Positions 45,363-55,409 of a stretch of DNA of 64,000 nucleotides are shown piece by piece; the first letter of the stretch is position 1, and each line of letters opens with the position of its first letter. The stretch lies in assembly GCA_963705985.1 (NCBI GenBank), contig CAVPLK010000004.1, positions 200,173-264,172 of the forward strand, written 5' to 3'. Origin of the DNA: an uncultured Gemmatimonadales bacterium. GTDB taxonomy: Bacteria; Gemmatimonadota; Gemmatimonadetes; Gemmatimonadales; GWC2-71-9. The notes below the pieces were generated by a model, which saw only the letters and a program-made list of their open reading frames with translations, was not told where the DNA came from and ran no database searches. Position numbers and translations under genes: made by a program.

Positions 45363-46517
45363 GTGCCCTCTCTGACACCCACGTGGCGGTCCCTGGCCGG
45401 TCTCGGGCTGGTGGTGGGGCTCGCCGCCTGCGGCGACAAGACCGCTCCGCAGATGCCGCCTCCCAACGTCACCATCGTGACCACTGCCCCCCAGGACATC
45501 CCGGCCCGCATCGAGCTGGTCGGCCAGGGGGCGGCCTCGAAATTCATCGAGGTCCGCTCCCAACTCAACGGCGTGATCATCGAGCGGCCGTATGCCGAGG
45601 GGAGCGATGTTGCCAAGGGCACCCTGCTCTTTCGGCTCGACCCCACCACATACGAGGCGGCCTACCGGAGCACCCAGGCCGCGTCCGACAACGCCCAGGC
45701 CCGGCTGGACAACGCCCAGCGAACCCTGAAGCGGCTGGTTCCGCTCCTCGCCGAGGGGGCGGTCTCGCAAAAAGACGTGGACGACGCGACGACCGAACTC
45801 CAGCAGGCGCAGGCCGGGCTGGCACAGGCCCAGGCAAACGCCGACCGCGCCAAGAAGGACTTCGACGACACCTTCATTCGTGCCGAGATTCCGGGCCGGG
45901 CAGGCCGCGCGGCGCTTCCGCTCGGCGCGCGAGTGACCGGTCCCGCCGACATCCTCACCGACCTGCAGCAGATCGATCCCATTTACGTCTACTTCAGCCC
46001 CTCCGACCTCGAGTTGCTGCGTCTCCGCCGCGAGCGGGCGGAAGGCAAGCTGGTGTTCCCCACCGGCAAGCTGCAGGTGGAGGTCCGGCTCTCCGACGGG
46101 ACGCCGCTGCCGTCCAGGGGGAAGCTGGACTTCGCCGACCTGTCGCTCGACTCGCGCACCGGCACGCAGCAGTACCGGGCCGAATTCCGGAATCCAGACC
46201 GGATCCTCCTCCCGGGGCAGTTCGTTCGGGTGCGGATCCTCGGGGTCACACGACGCGGCGCCCTCCTCGTGCCGCAACGGGCGGTGCTCCAGGGCCTCGG
46301 GGGCGCGTTCGTGTACGTGGCCACAGAGGGCGATACCGCACGCGCCCGCACCGTCAGGGCCACGACGTGGGAAGGCGGCGGCTGGGTCATCGACAGCGGC
46401 CTCACCGCCGGTGAGCGGGTGGTGGTGGACGGCACCCAGCGGGTTATTCCCGGACAGCCGGTCACGATCGTGACCGGCGCGGACTCCGCGGCGACCTCAG
46501 CGGGCGCGACGCCATGA
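45363..46517 (+). CDS. Multidrug RND periplasmic adaptor lipoprotein (AcrA/MexA family)
   Basis: GTG start after GAGGAAG. Lipobox VVGLAAC. ...RSQLNGVIIERPYAEGSDVAKGTLLFRLD..., a coiled-coil hairpin, ...IRAEIPGRAG... Confidence 0.85.
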   Translation: MPSLTPTWRSLAGLGLVVGLAACGDKTAPQMPPPNVTIVTTAPQDIPARIELVGQGAASKFIEVRSQLNGVIIERPYAEGSDVAKGTLLFRLDPTTYEAAYRSTQAASDNAQARLDNAQRTLKRLVPLLAEGAVSQKDVDDATTELQQAQAGLAQAQANADRAKKDFDDTFIRAEIPGRAGRAALPLGARVTGPADILTDLQQIDPIYVYFSPSDLELLRLRRERAEGKLVFPTGKLQVEVRLSDGTPLPSRGKLDFADLSLDSRTGTQQYRAEFRNPDRILLPGQFVRVRILGVTRRGALLVPQRAVLQGLGGAFVYVATEGDTARARTVRATTWEGGGWVIDSGLTAGERVVVDGTQRVIPGQPVTIVTGADSAATSAGATP

Positions 46518-49500
46518 GCGGACGCCCTCCGGCATCGGGGGACGGCGCGCCATACGTCGCAAAGAACCTGTTCATCCGGCGGCCGATCCTGGCCTCGGTC
46601 ATCTCGATCGTCATCCTCCTCCTCGGCGTGGCATCCATCGTCAGCCTGCCGATCACGCTCTATCCCCGCATCAGTCCGCCCAGCGTCGACGTGACGGCGG
46701 TGTACCCAGGCGCCACGGCGGAAGACGTCGCGGAGTCTGTGGCCGCGCCGATCGAGCAGCAGCTCTCCAGCATGGACGGCCTGCTCTACTTCAAGTCGTC
46801 GAATGGCAGCGACGGCACGATGAATCTGTCGATCTTCTTCGACATCAGCCGCGACCAGGACCTCGCCGCCGTGGACGTCCAGAACCAGGTCAAGCTGGCC
46901 GAACCGCAGCTCCCCGAGGAAGTCCGCCGCCAGGGCATTACCGTCAAGAAGTCGCAGCCGGACATCCTGCTGATGATCGCCCTCAGCTCGGGCGACCCGC
47001 GCTACGACGCGGAATACCTGAGCAATTATTCGAAGATCAACCTCGAGGACGAGGCCAAGCGCATCCAGGGCGTCGGCGACGCCTACACCTTCGGGCAGCT
47101 CGAGTTCTCGATGCTGCTGCAGCTCGACCCCGACCGGATGGCGCAGCTCGGCGTGACCGTAGCCGACGTCCAGAACGCCGTTCGGGAGCAGAACGCCACC
47201 AATCCAGGAGGACGGGTAGGGCGGGAACCGTCGCCGCCGGGCACCGACCTGACGCTCCCGGTCACCGCCAAGGGCCGCCTCAAGACCGCGGCGGAATTCG
47301 GGAACATCATCCTGCGCACCGGACGCGACGGTGCCGTGCTCCGGCTGTCCGACCTGGCCAACGTGAAGCTTGGCGCCCGCAACTACGACCTGCAGGGCCG
47401 GCTGAACGGTCAGCCCACCGCCCTGCTGCTGGTGAAGCTCCGCGCCGGCGCCAATGCGCTCGAGGTGAAGGACAACCTGCTGGCGCGCCTGGACGAGCTG
47501 GCCGCCAACTTCCCTCCCGGCGTCGGCTACACCGTGGCATACGATACGACCCCGTTCATCACCGCCTCCATCGAGGAAGTGCTCCACACCCTCGCCGAGG
47601 CGATGCTGCTGGTCACGCTGGTGGTGTTCCTGTTCCTCCAGAGCTGGCGCACCACGCTGATTCCCCTCCTGGCCGTGCCCGTGTCCATCGTTGGGACCTT
47701 TGCCGGGATGGCGATGCTCGGCTTCTCCATCAACATCCTGACCTTGTTCGGGCTGGTGCTGGCCATCGGCATCGTGGTGGACGACGCGATCATCGTCATC
47801 GAGAACGTCGAGCGCATCATGGCCACGGAGCACGTGGGTGTGGTCGAGGCCACCGACAAGGCGATGTCCCAAGTCGCCGGCGCGCTCATCGCGATCGTGC
47901 TGGTACTGGCGGCGGTGTTCATCCCGGTCGGGTTCATGGGGGGCGTCACCGGCTCGATGTTCATGCAGTTCGCGGTGACGATCGTCGTGTCGGTCATCCT
48001 CTCAGGTGTTGTGGCCCTGACCCTGACGCCCGCGCTTTGCACCATGCTGATCAAGGACGAACACCCGACCAAAGGACGGTTCTTCACCAAGTTCAACGAC
48101 GTGTTCGACCGGTTCACCGAGACCTATCTCGGCGGCGTGCGCGGCGTGCTCGGCCGCCCCAAGACCTTCCTCACGATGTTCGCCGTCATCCTTGTCCTGA
48201 TCGTGGCGCTCTTCAAGACGATTCCCGGCGGATTCGTGCCGACCGAGGACAAGGGGTACTTCGCGCTGGCCGTCTCGCTCCCCTCCGGCGCCTCGCGGCA
48301 GCGGGCGGACTCGGTCGTGGCCCAGGTCGAACGCGTCGTGGCTGCGAAGGCCGGCGTCAAGAACGTTATCTCCCTCGTCGGCTTCGACTTCATCATGAAC
48401 GCCAACCTGACGAACATGGCGACCATCTTCGTGATGCTCGAACCCTGGGACGAACGCACCGACGAGGCCACCGGGATCAACGCCATCATCGCCGCCGTCA
48501 ACCGCGACCTCTCCCAGCTGCCGGAGGCCACAGCCGTTGCGTTCAACCTGCCGGAAATCACCGGCATGGGCACCACGGCCGGCCTCGAAATGAACCTGCT
48601 CGATCGCTCCGGCGGCAGCGTCAAGGAGTTTGCCGGGGTCGTCGGCGAGTACGTCGCCGCCACGCGGCAGTCGCCTGACGTGGCCCGGCCGCGCGCCCTC
48701 ATCAGCGTCAACACGCCGCAGGTGTACGTCACCGTGGATCGCGAAAAAGTGAAGAGCCTCGGCGTCTCGCTGACCGACGTGTTCCAGACCCTCCAGACCA
48801 TGCTCTCGGCGTCGTACATCAACGACTTCAATCTCTTCGGGCGCACCTACCGGGTGCAGGCCGAGGCGCAGCCCCAGTTCCGGGTCAATCCCGGGGACAT
48901 CGGCGAGCTCTACGTGGCGGCCCCCGGCGGCGCCATGGTGCCGATTTCCTCCCTCACCACCACGGAGTTCATCGGCGGCCCGTCGGTCGTGAGTCGCTTC
49001 AACGGCTTTACCTCCTCCCTCATCACGGCGGAGCCCGCCCCCGGCAAGAGTACCGGGCAGATGATGCGCGCGGTGGAAGCGGCCGCCGTGCCGTTTGCCG
49101 ACCGCGGCGTGGCCTATGCCTACAGCGGCCAGTCGTACCAGGAGAAGCTGGCCCAGGGGCAAGGGAACACCGTCTTCCTGCTCGGCATTATCCTGGTCTT
49201 CCTGGTGCTCGCCGCGCAGTACGAGAGCTGGTCCATCCCGTTCGGCGTCATTCTCGGGGTGCCCTTCGGCGTCATCGGCGCGCTCCTCGGCATCCTCATT
49301 CGCGGCGTCCCCAATGACATCTACTTCCAGATCGGGCTGGTCACCGTCATCGGGCTGGCGGCCAAGAACGCCATCCTGATCGTCGAGTTCGCCAACGCCC
49401 TCCGGGTAGCCGGACACAGCGTGCGCGAGGCAACCCTGGAGGCCGCCAAGGACCGGTTTCGACCCATTCTCATGACGTCGTTCGCCTTCATCCTCGGCGT

Positions 49501-49675
49501 CGTCCCGATGGTGATCGCCAGCGGGGCCGGCGACCAGAGCCGGCATTCGCTCGGGACCGGCGTCTTTGCCGGGATGCTCATCGCCACCGCCGTCGGCGTG
49601 CTCTTCATCCCGCTCTTCTTCTACCTGATCGCCGGCGCCGGAGAGAAAAAGCCTGCTGAAGGAGCGGAGGCCTGA
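46514..49675 (+). CDS. Multidrug efflux RND permease (AcrB/MexB, HAE1 family)
   Basis: NLFIRRPILASVISIVILLLG...YPGATAEDVAESVAAPIEQQL...1053 aa, intact. ATGA overlap with the adaptor. Confidence 0.95.
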   Translation: MSGRPPASGDGAPYVAKNLFIRRPILASVISIVILLLGVASIVSLPITLYPRISPPSVDVTAVYPGATAEDVAESVAAPIEQQLSSMDGLLYFKSSNGSDGTMNLSIFFDISRDQDLAAVDVQNQVKLAEPQLPEEVRRQGITVKKSQPDILLMIALSSGDPRYDAEYLSNYSKINLEDEAKRIQGVGDAYTFGQLEFSMLLQLDPDRMAQLGVTVADVQNAVREQNATNPGGRVGREPSPPGTDLTLPVTAKGRLKTAAEFGNIILRTGRDGAVLRLSDLANVKLGARNYDLQGRLNGQPTALLLVKLRAGANALEVKDNLLARLDELAANFPPGVGYTVAYDTTPFITASIEEVLHTLAEAMLLVTLVVFLFLQSWRTTLIPLLAVPVSIVGTFAGMAMLGFSINILTLFGLVLAIGIVVDDAIIVIENVERIMATEHVGVVEATDKAMSQVAGALIAIVLVLAAVFIPVGFMGGVTGSMFMQFAVTIVVSVILSGVVALTLTPALCTMLIKDEHPTKGRFFTKFNDVFDRFTETYLGGVRGVLGRPKTFLTMFAVILVLIVALFKTIPGGFVPTEDKGYFALAVSLPSGASRQRADSVVAQVERVVAAKAGVKNVISLVGFDFIMNANLTNMATIFVMLEPWDERTDEATGINAIIAAVNRDLSQLPEATAVAFNLPEITGMGTTAGLEMNLLDRSGGSVKEFAGVVGEYVAATRQSPDVARPRALISVNTPQVYVTVDREKVKSLGVSLTDVFQTLQTMLSASYINDFNLFGRTYRVQAEAQPQFRVNPGDIGELYVAAPGGAMVPISSLTTTEFIGGPSVVSRFNGFTSSLITAEPAPGKSTGQMMRAVEAAAVPFADRGVAYAYSGQSYQEKLAQGQGNTVFLLGIILVFLVLAAQYESWSIPFGVILGVPFGVIGALLGILIRGVPNDIYFQIGLVTVIGLAAKNAILIVEFANALRVAGHSVREATLEAAKDRFRPILMTSFAFILGVVPMVIASGAGDQSRHSLGTGVFAGMLIATAVGVLFIPLFFYLIAGAGEKKPAEGAEA

Positions 49676-51111
49676 TGCGGTTCTCCTTCGTTCCCGTTGC
49701 GGCGACCCTGGCGCTCGGCGCCTGCGCCGTGGGGCGCAGCTATGAACGCCCGGCCACGCCGATGCCCAACGAGTGGCGCGGCGACACCCTGCAGATCGTC
49801 CGGGACACGGCCGCCGTCATCGCTCCGCTGGTGCCACCGGCCACGACGCCGGCCGATACCGTCGCCCCCACGTGGAACCAGACCCTGGGCGACAGCGTCC
49901 TCCTGGCGCTCATGGACACCGCCCGCGCCCACAACCAGGACCTGATCGCGACCATCGCCGTCACGCGCGAGTTCCAGGCGCGCTACGCCATCGACCGGAG
50001 CGGATTCTTTCCCCAGGTGAACGTCACCGGCGCCGGCGGGACCATCGATTCCAAGATCCCGGGCGTCAGCGGCGACCTCTTTTCCGCTTCCGCGGACGCC
50101 GCCTGGGAACTCGACCTCTGGGGTCGCATCCGGCGGACCAGCGAGGCCGGCAAGGCGTCCTACTTCGCGCGGACCGAAGAGCTCCGCGGCGCCGAGTTGA
50201 GCCTCTCCGCCGCGGTGGCCACCGGCTACTTCGCCCTGCTTCAGTACGATCGGCAGCTGGCGGTCGCCGAGCGGACCCTCGCGTCACGCCAGGAAACGGC
50301 GGCGCTCTCCCGCGCCCGGTTCCGCGAGGGGCAGGTGTCGCGGCTGGATGTGCTGCAGTTCGAGTCCCAGGTGCAGGAGGCACAGGCGCAGCTGGCCGCC
50401 ATCGCCCGGCTTCGCTCGGAACAGGAGAACGCGCTGAGCGTGCTCGTCGGCCTGCCGCCCCGCGGGTTGCCGCGGGGCGTGCCGCTCGATCAACAGGTGG
50501 CGAATTTCGATGTGCCCGAAGGGCTTCCCTCGGACCTCCTCGCCCGGCGGCCCGACGTCCGCGCCGCCGAGGAGGACCTGCGCGCCGCCAACGCCCGGAT
50601 CGGCGTCGCGTGGGGAAATCGCCTGCCGCAGGTCGTGCTGACCGGTGAGTATGGCTACGTGAGCAACGATCTCTCAACACTTTTCGAAAGCCAGAACAAC
50701 ACCAATCGCCTCTTCCTCGGCATTGCCGTCCCGATCTTCACCGGCGGACGGCTGCAGGGGGAACTCACCGTTGCGGAGGCCCAGTCCGAGCAGGCCGCCG
50801 CCCGATACCAGCAAGTCGTCCTGCGCGCATTGCAGGATGTGGAGGACGCGCTGGTGGCCATCCGCACCAGCCGCGACCAGGTCGTGGCCCAGGCCGCGCA
50901 GGTCGAGACGCTGTCCACCTCGCTCCAGCTGGTGCAGCACCGGTATGAGAACGGATTATCCACCTACCTCGAAGTCCTCGACGCACAGCGAACGCTCTTC
51001 AACGCCGAACTGAGCCTCGCCCAGGTCCAGGCATTGCAACTGGCCAGCGGAGTTCGGCTCTACAAGGCGTTGGGCGGACCATGGTCGGAGCTGGGTACCG
51101 CGCGCAATTGA
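49675..51111 (+). CDS. RND outer-membrane factor lipoprotein (NodT/OprM family)
   Basis: Lipobox TLALGAC, then AVGRSYERP...W. Two OEP repeats. 1-nt overlap (TGATG) with the pump stop. Confidence 0.9.
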   Translation: MRFSFVPVAATLALGACAVGRSYERPATPMPNEWRGDTLQIVRDTAAVIAPLVPPATTPADTVAPTWNQTLGDSVLLALMDTARAHNQDLIATIAVTREFQARYAIDRSGFFPQVNVTGAGGTIDSKIPGVSGDLFSASADAAWELDLWGRIRRTSEAGKASYFARTEELRGAELSLSAAVATGYFALLQYDRQLAVAERTLASRQETAALSRARFREGQVSRLDVLQFESQVQEAQAQLAAIARLRSEQENALSVLVGLPPRGLPRGVPLDQQVANFDVPEGLPSDLLARRPDVRAAEEDLRAANARIGVAWGNRLPQVVLTGEYGYVSNDLSTLFESQNNTNRLFLGIAVPIFTGGRLQGELTVAEAQSEQAAARYQQVVLRALQDVEDALVAIRTSRDQVVAQAAQVETLSTSLQLVQHRYENGLSTYLEVLDAQRTLFNAELSLAQVQALQLASGVRLYKALGGPWSELGTARN

Positions 51112-53585
51112 TGCCGGTCTCCTCCCGGGCGGCCTGGCGGTGGGTGCCCGGCGCTCTGCTCCTGGTGCTCGCCGTCCCCCCCGCGGCCCTCGCGCAGGAT
51201 CGGGCCGACACCACTGTCGCTGCGGCATCTGAGTACCGGTTCCGGGGCGTGTTTGCCGGCGTGGAACGGGTGCTGTACGGGAGCCGGTACCGTTCGCTCT
51301 GGGCCACTCCCGTTGCCGCCCCCCCACTTCCGGACCACCTCGCCGACGGCGCGCCCGATACCAGCTCGCGAATCGGCGCGCGGTGGTTCTGGTCGCCCGA
51401 CGGCGCGCTCTGGGAGTATCGCCCGCTCAATCGCGATCTCGTCGCGGTGACTCCTCCCGCCATCCGGCAGAACCTCCTCCCCTCCGCCATCCAGGGCCTC
51501 AACGCCTCCCGCCACCCCGGCGCGGCGCCGGTGGTTGCCTCACTGGCGGAGACGCTGGGACTGCGGGTCGCCCCATCGGAACTGGTCCGGATCGTCGACT
51601 CGGCACGGACGCCTGGTGGAGGTGAACTCGGGTACCTGGTCGCGGCCGCGACCGAGGGCCGGTCCACCGCCGAGGTGCTCGACAGCCTCCGCGCGGGCGG
51701 TGGGCGCGAGGTGGACGCCGTCGCGTACCTGCGCGAACGCCTCTTCGATACCTACGTCGGGTCGGTTGACGACCGCCCCAACGAGTGGCGATGGATGCGC
51801 CGCGAGCCGTCCGGCCGCTGGGCGCCGGTGCCGCGGGATCGCGAGCGCGCGTTCGCGAAGTATGACGGGTTTCTGGTCGGGTTGGCCCGAGGGAAGGTCC
51901 CCGCGTTCGTGAACTTCGGTGGGGACTACCAGGAACGCCTCGGCGTCATGAGCTACCAGCGCACCCTCGATCGGCAGCTGCTGTCGCTGCTGGACTGGTC
52001 GGTCTGGGAGTGTGTCGTCGGCGAGATGCAGGCAGCGCTGAGTGACGCAGCGATCAGGAGGGCCGTCGAGCAGCTCCCCCCGGAATTCCAGGCGGCCAAC
52101 GCGGAACCGCTGGCCGCGGCGCTGCGGGCGCGGCGGGACCAGCTCCCCAAGGCAGCCTGGGGGCTGTACCGCCTGGTCAACCAGGAGGCTGCCTTCTTCG
52201 GCACCGCTGCCGCCGACACGGTGACTGTAACGCGCGGGAACGACGGCTCGCTCGCGCTGGTGTTTCAGGACGGGTTCAAGCGGTGGTATGGCCCAGGTGA
52301 GACCGATGCAGTGGCGCTCTACCTGGGCGGGGGAAAGGACAGGATCCTGCTGGAGGGACCCGGCCTGGCGGGTCCGCTCCTGGACGTGGCCTGGCAGCCG
52401 GGGCTTACCGTGACCGGGGAGCGCGGTACCGGGCAGCGCACCGCGATCTACGGTGCCACATCGCACTTCGGCAGGACCCGGGCGGAGGTCGTGCTGGACA
52501 CCCTGCGTGTCCCGGAGGCCGAGGACCTCGACCTCACCCGCCCTCCCCCGGTTCCGCTCCACGGCACCGACGTCGGCCCGAACATCTGGTTCGACGTCAA
52601 TTCGGACGTCGGGCTCCTGATCGGTGGTGGTGTCACCCTGACCACCTATCGGGCGGGGCACAATCCCTACTATCGCAAGCTGATCTTCCGGTCGGCCTAC
52701 GCCACGGCCACCGAGAACTACGCGATCGAGGTGAAAGGTGAGTTCCGGCGGTGGCGGTCTCGCGAGGCGCTCACCCTCAATGCCGGGCTCTCGGAAATCG
52801 CAGTGCTGCACTTTTTCGGATACGGCAACACGACGCCGTTCACCCAACCGGCTGATTTCTACCTGGCGCGACAGCGCCAGCTCTACGTCTATCCGGCGTG
52901 GAACTATCAGATGACACCGAGCAGCCGCCTCGCGGTCGGCCCGGTGTTCAAGCATGTCCGGACCGACACATCGGCGGTGAATCTCATCAACCTCACCCGC
53001 CCCTACGGAGTGCCGGAGTTCGCGCAGGTCGGTGTCGCCGCCACCGCCAGCTACGACACGCGGGACGCCGTTGGGTTCACCCGGACCGGGATGTACCTGC
53101 TCGCCGGCGGGAGCTTCTACCCCATCCTCTTCGGGTCCGGCACCCCCTTCGGCGCCATGCATGCGTCGATCGCCACGTACGTCACTCTCCCGGAATTCTC
53201 CCGGGTGACGCTCGCCACCCGCGTGAGCGGCCGCCTGACCATGGGCGACCCGCCGGTGCATGAGGCGGCATTCGTCGGGGGGTCGAACACCGTGCGCGGC
53301 TACGAGTCAGGGCGCTACGCCGGAGAGGCTTCGGCGTTCGGTAACGCAGAGCTGCGCATCCACGTCGCGACGTTTCCGTTCGTGGTGCCGTGGCAGTTTG
53401 GCGTCGCAGCCATCGGAGACCTGGGGCGGGTGTTCAACGCGGCCGACGGCGACAACGTCTGGCATGGCGGGGCGGGCGGCGGCATCTGGTTCGCGCTTCC
53501 CGACCGCTCCCTGGGCGGTGTGATGACGATCGTCGGCAGCCCAGAGGGCTCCTCGCTCTGGCTGAGCAGCGGATTCATGTTCTAG
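51111..53585 (+). CDS. Omp85/BamA-family outer-membrane protein with a large non-POTRA N-terminal domain
   Basis: Signal peptide ...LLLVLAVPPAALAQ. C-terminal surface-antigen barrel (…VRGYESGRYAGEASAFGNAELR…GGGIWFALP…SSGFMF). The N-terminal region carries DDRPNEWRWMRRE/PVPRDRERAF motifs. TGATG overlap with the oprM-like stop. Confidence 0.8.
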   Translation: MPVSSRAAWRWVPGALLLVLAVPPAALAQDRADTTVAAASEYRFRGVFAGVERVLYGSRYRSLWATPVAAPPLPDHLADGAPDTSSRIGARWFWSPDGALWEYRPLNRDLVAVTPPAIRQNLLPSAIQGLNASRHPGAAPVVASLAETLGLRVAPSELVRIVDSARTPGGGELGYLVAAATEGRSTAEVLDSLRAGGGREVDAVAYLRERLFDTYVGSVDDRPNEWRWMRREPSGRWAPVPRDRERAFAKYDGFLVGLARGKVPAFVNFGGDYQERLGVMSYQRTLDRQLLSLLDWSVWECVVGEMQAALSDAAIRRAVEQLPPEFQAANAEPLAAALRARRDQLPKAAWGLYRLVNQEAAFFGTAAADTVTVTRGNDGSLALVFQDGFKRWYGPGETDAVALYLGGGKDRILLEGPGLAGPLLDVAWQPGLTVTGERGTGQRTAIYGATSHFGRTRAEVVLDTLRVPEAEDLDLTRPPPVPLHGTDVGPNIWFDVNSDVGLLIGGGVTLTTYRAGHNPYYRKLIFRSAYATATENYAIEVKGEFRRWRSREALTLNAGLSEIAVLHFFGYGNTTPFTQPADFYLARQRQLYVYPAWNYQMTPSSRLAVGPVFKHVRTDTSAVNLINLTRPYGVPEFAQVGVAATASYDTRDAVGFTRTGMYLLAGGSFYPILFGSGTPFGAMHASIATYVTLPEFSRVTLATRVSGRLTMGDPPVHEAAFVGGSNTVRGYESGRYAGEASAFGNAELRIHVATFPFVVPWQFGVAAIGDLGRVFNAADGDNVWHGGAGGGIWFALPDRSLGGVMTIVGSPEGSSLWLSSGFMF

Positions 53586-53650
53586 ATTGCTGCTGACCGC
53601 GGAATGGACGACCCTCCCCGCGGCACACCAACTTCCTTGGGGGCACGCCG

Positions 53651-54115
53651 ATGCGACTACCCATCCTGACCCGGTCAATCGGAGCGCTGGCGCTGCTCCT
53701 CCTGCAGGTGGCGTGCGGGGACGGCGGTCCCACCACCACTGGGATCAGCGGCGGCACTTCCTATCCGGCCACCATCGACGGCACATATCGCGCCTCGACT
53801 CTGACCCTGACCGAGGCCGGTGGCAACACCGACCTGGTCGCGGAAGGCGTCGCCATTACGCTCGTGCTGACACCGGCAGGCGCGACGACGGGAACCATGA
53901 CCGTGCCCGCCGCATACTCGGAATCCGGCGAGGAGGAAATTCTCTCACTCCTCGGCACCTACAACTACGATGCGACGACCGGCATCGCCACGTTCACCCA
54001 CGCAGCGGACACCTTCCTGCGCGACACAACCCTGCATGCGAAGGGGACGCAACTGACCGGCACCTTCGACGGCGGGACCTACACGATCACCGTGACGCTC
54101 GAGAGCGGCACCTAG
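53651..54115 (+). CDS. Lipoprotein, unknown function (Thr/Gly-rich beta protein)
   Basis: Lipobox LLLQVAC. 154 aa. No family is recognised. Confidence 0.55.
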   Translation: MRLPILTRSIGALALLLLQVACGDGGPTTTGISGGTSYPATIDGTYRASTLTLTEAGGNTDLVAEGVAITLVLTPAGATTGTMTVPAAYSESGEEEILSLLGTYNYDATTGIATFTHAADTFLRDTTLHAKGTQLTGTFDGGTYTITVTLESGT

Positions 54116-54116
54116 G

Positions 54117-55106
54117 CTAGCGGCCGGGGCGCAGCCCCTCCAGCGCCCGGCGCACGAACACCGACGCCATTTCCTTCCGCCATCCGAGGGTGAAGTCGGT
54201 GTTGTCGAGCGGCTTGGCGAGCTTGCTCGCCAGCCGCACCGACTCATCGAGTTGCTCGTCGGCGAGCGTGCCCCCCACAAGCACCGCCGCGGCATCCGGC
54301 ACCGGCTTCGGGTACGACCCGACCGCGCCCAGAACGATCCGCGCCTCCGTCACTGTCCCCGCCGCATCGAACGACGCCCACGCCGCCACCCCAAGGACGG
54401 GAAAGTCGAAGGCGCCCCGCCGCCGGAGTTTGCGGTAACTGGCGCGGGCACCACCGAGTGCCGGGACTTCCACCCGCACCAGCAGCTCTTCCGGGCGCTT
54501 GGTCAGGAAGGCCATGCCGTCGTCGTGATAGAGCGCCGACGCGGGAATCGTCCGTTCACCATCGGGCCCGGCAAGCACCACCCGCGCCTCCAGCGCCACC
54601 ATCACCGGCGCCAGGTCGCTCGACTGCACCGCCCAGCAGCGCGGACTGGAGGGCGCCACCCAGCAGGTGTCGCCATCCTTCTTCATGCAGAAGTTGATGG
54701 CCTTCCGCCACTCGTACCCCTGGTCGTAGTAGTTGCACCGGGTGTCGAGCAGCAGGTTGCCGCCCACTGTCCCCATGTTCTGGAGGAGCGGTGTGGAGAT
54801 CTCACTCGCGGCATGCGCCAGCGCGGGCCAGCCCGCACGGACCCGCGCGTCGCGCATGAACCGCGTCAGGGTGACGCCGGCGCCAACGATGATGGTTCCG
54901 TCCGCCGTCACTTCGAGCCGACTCAGTTCTGGTATCCGCCGCACATCGATGACCCGCATCGGCTCCTGCTGGCGGCGCTTCATGTTGGGATAGAGGTCGG
55001 TTCCCCCCGCGACGTAGGCGCCCGCCGCACCCGCAGAGACACGCTGCGCGACCGCGTCGGCGATCGACGTGGGGAAGGAGGATTCGTGCGGTGGTAGTCT
55101 CAACAT
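54117..55106 (-). CDS. FAD-binding subunit of a xanthine-dehydrogenase-family enzyme, HcrB-like, with a four-Cys insertion loop
   Basis: YVAGGTDLYPNMK (FAD-binding), GTVGGNL, then DTRCNYYDQGYEWRKAINFCMKKDGDTCWVAPSSPRCWA (C-x15-C-x7-C-x8-C, 54636-54737). GAGGA RBS. Confidence 0.85.
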   Translation of the reverse strand: MLRLPPHESSFPTSIADAVAQRVSAGAAGAYVAGGTDLYPNMKRRQQEPMRVIDVRRIPELSRLEVTADGTIIVGAGVTLTRFMRDARVRAGWPALAHAASEISTPLLQNMGTVGGNLLLDTRCNYYDQGYEWRKAINFCMKKDGDTCWVAPSSPRCWAVQSSDLAPVMVALEARVVLAGPDGERTIPASALYHDDGMAFLTKRPEELLVRVEVPALGGARASYRKLRRRGAFDFPVLGVAAWASFDAAGTVTEARIVLGAVGSYPKPVPDAAAVLVGGTLADEQLDESVRLASKLAKPLDNTDFTLGWRKEMASVFVRRALEGLRPGR

Positions 55107-55409
55107 GCGTTCAGGTCCTCGGTCTTCGGTTCGATCCGGTGTGATTCGGCAAGATGGTCGCCCGACTCGGGACGGTCCTCCGGAGAGGATGGTCCGCGAG
55201 TGGTCGGCGAGTTGGTAACATCGCACAACTGCTCACCAACTCTCCTCCGGACCGCTCCCATCGTCGGGCTCCACAGCTGTAGTTCACGATTCTGCGCGCC
55301 GATGACCGGGCTGCTCCGGAGGCACGTGAGGTCCCTGTCCGATGCTGGCGCTTTCCATCGAGTGGACCTCCAGTGCCGGAGGAGCGGGCCGGTCGCGGGG
55401 TAAACGAGC

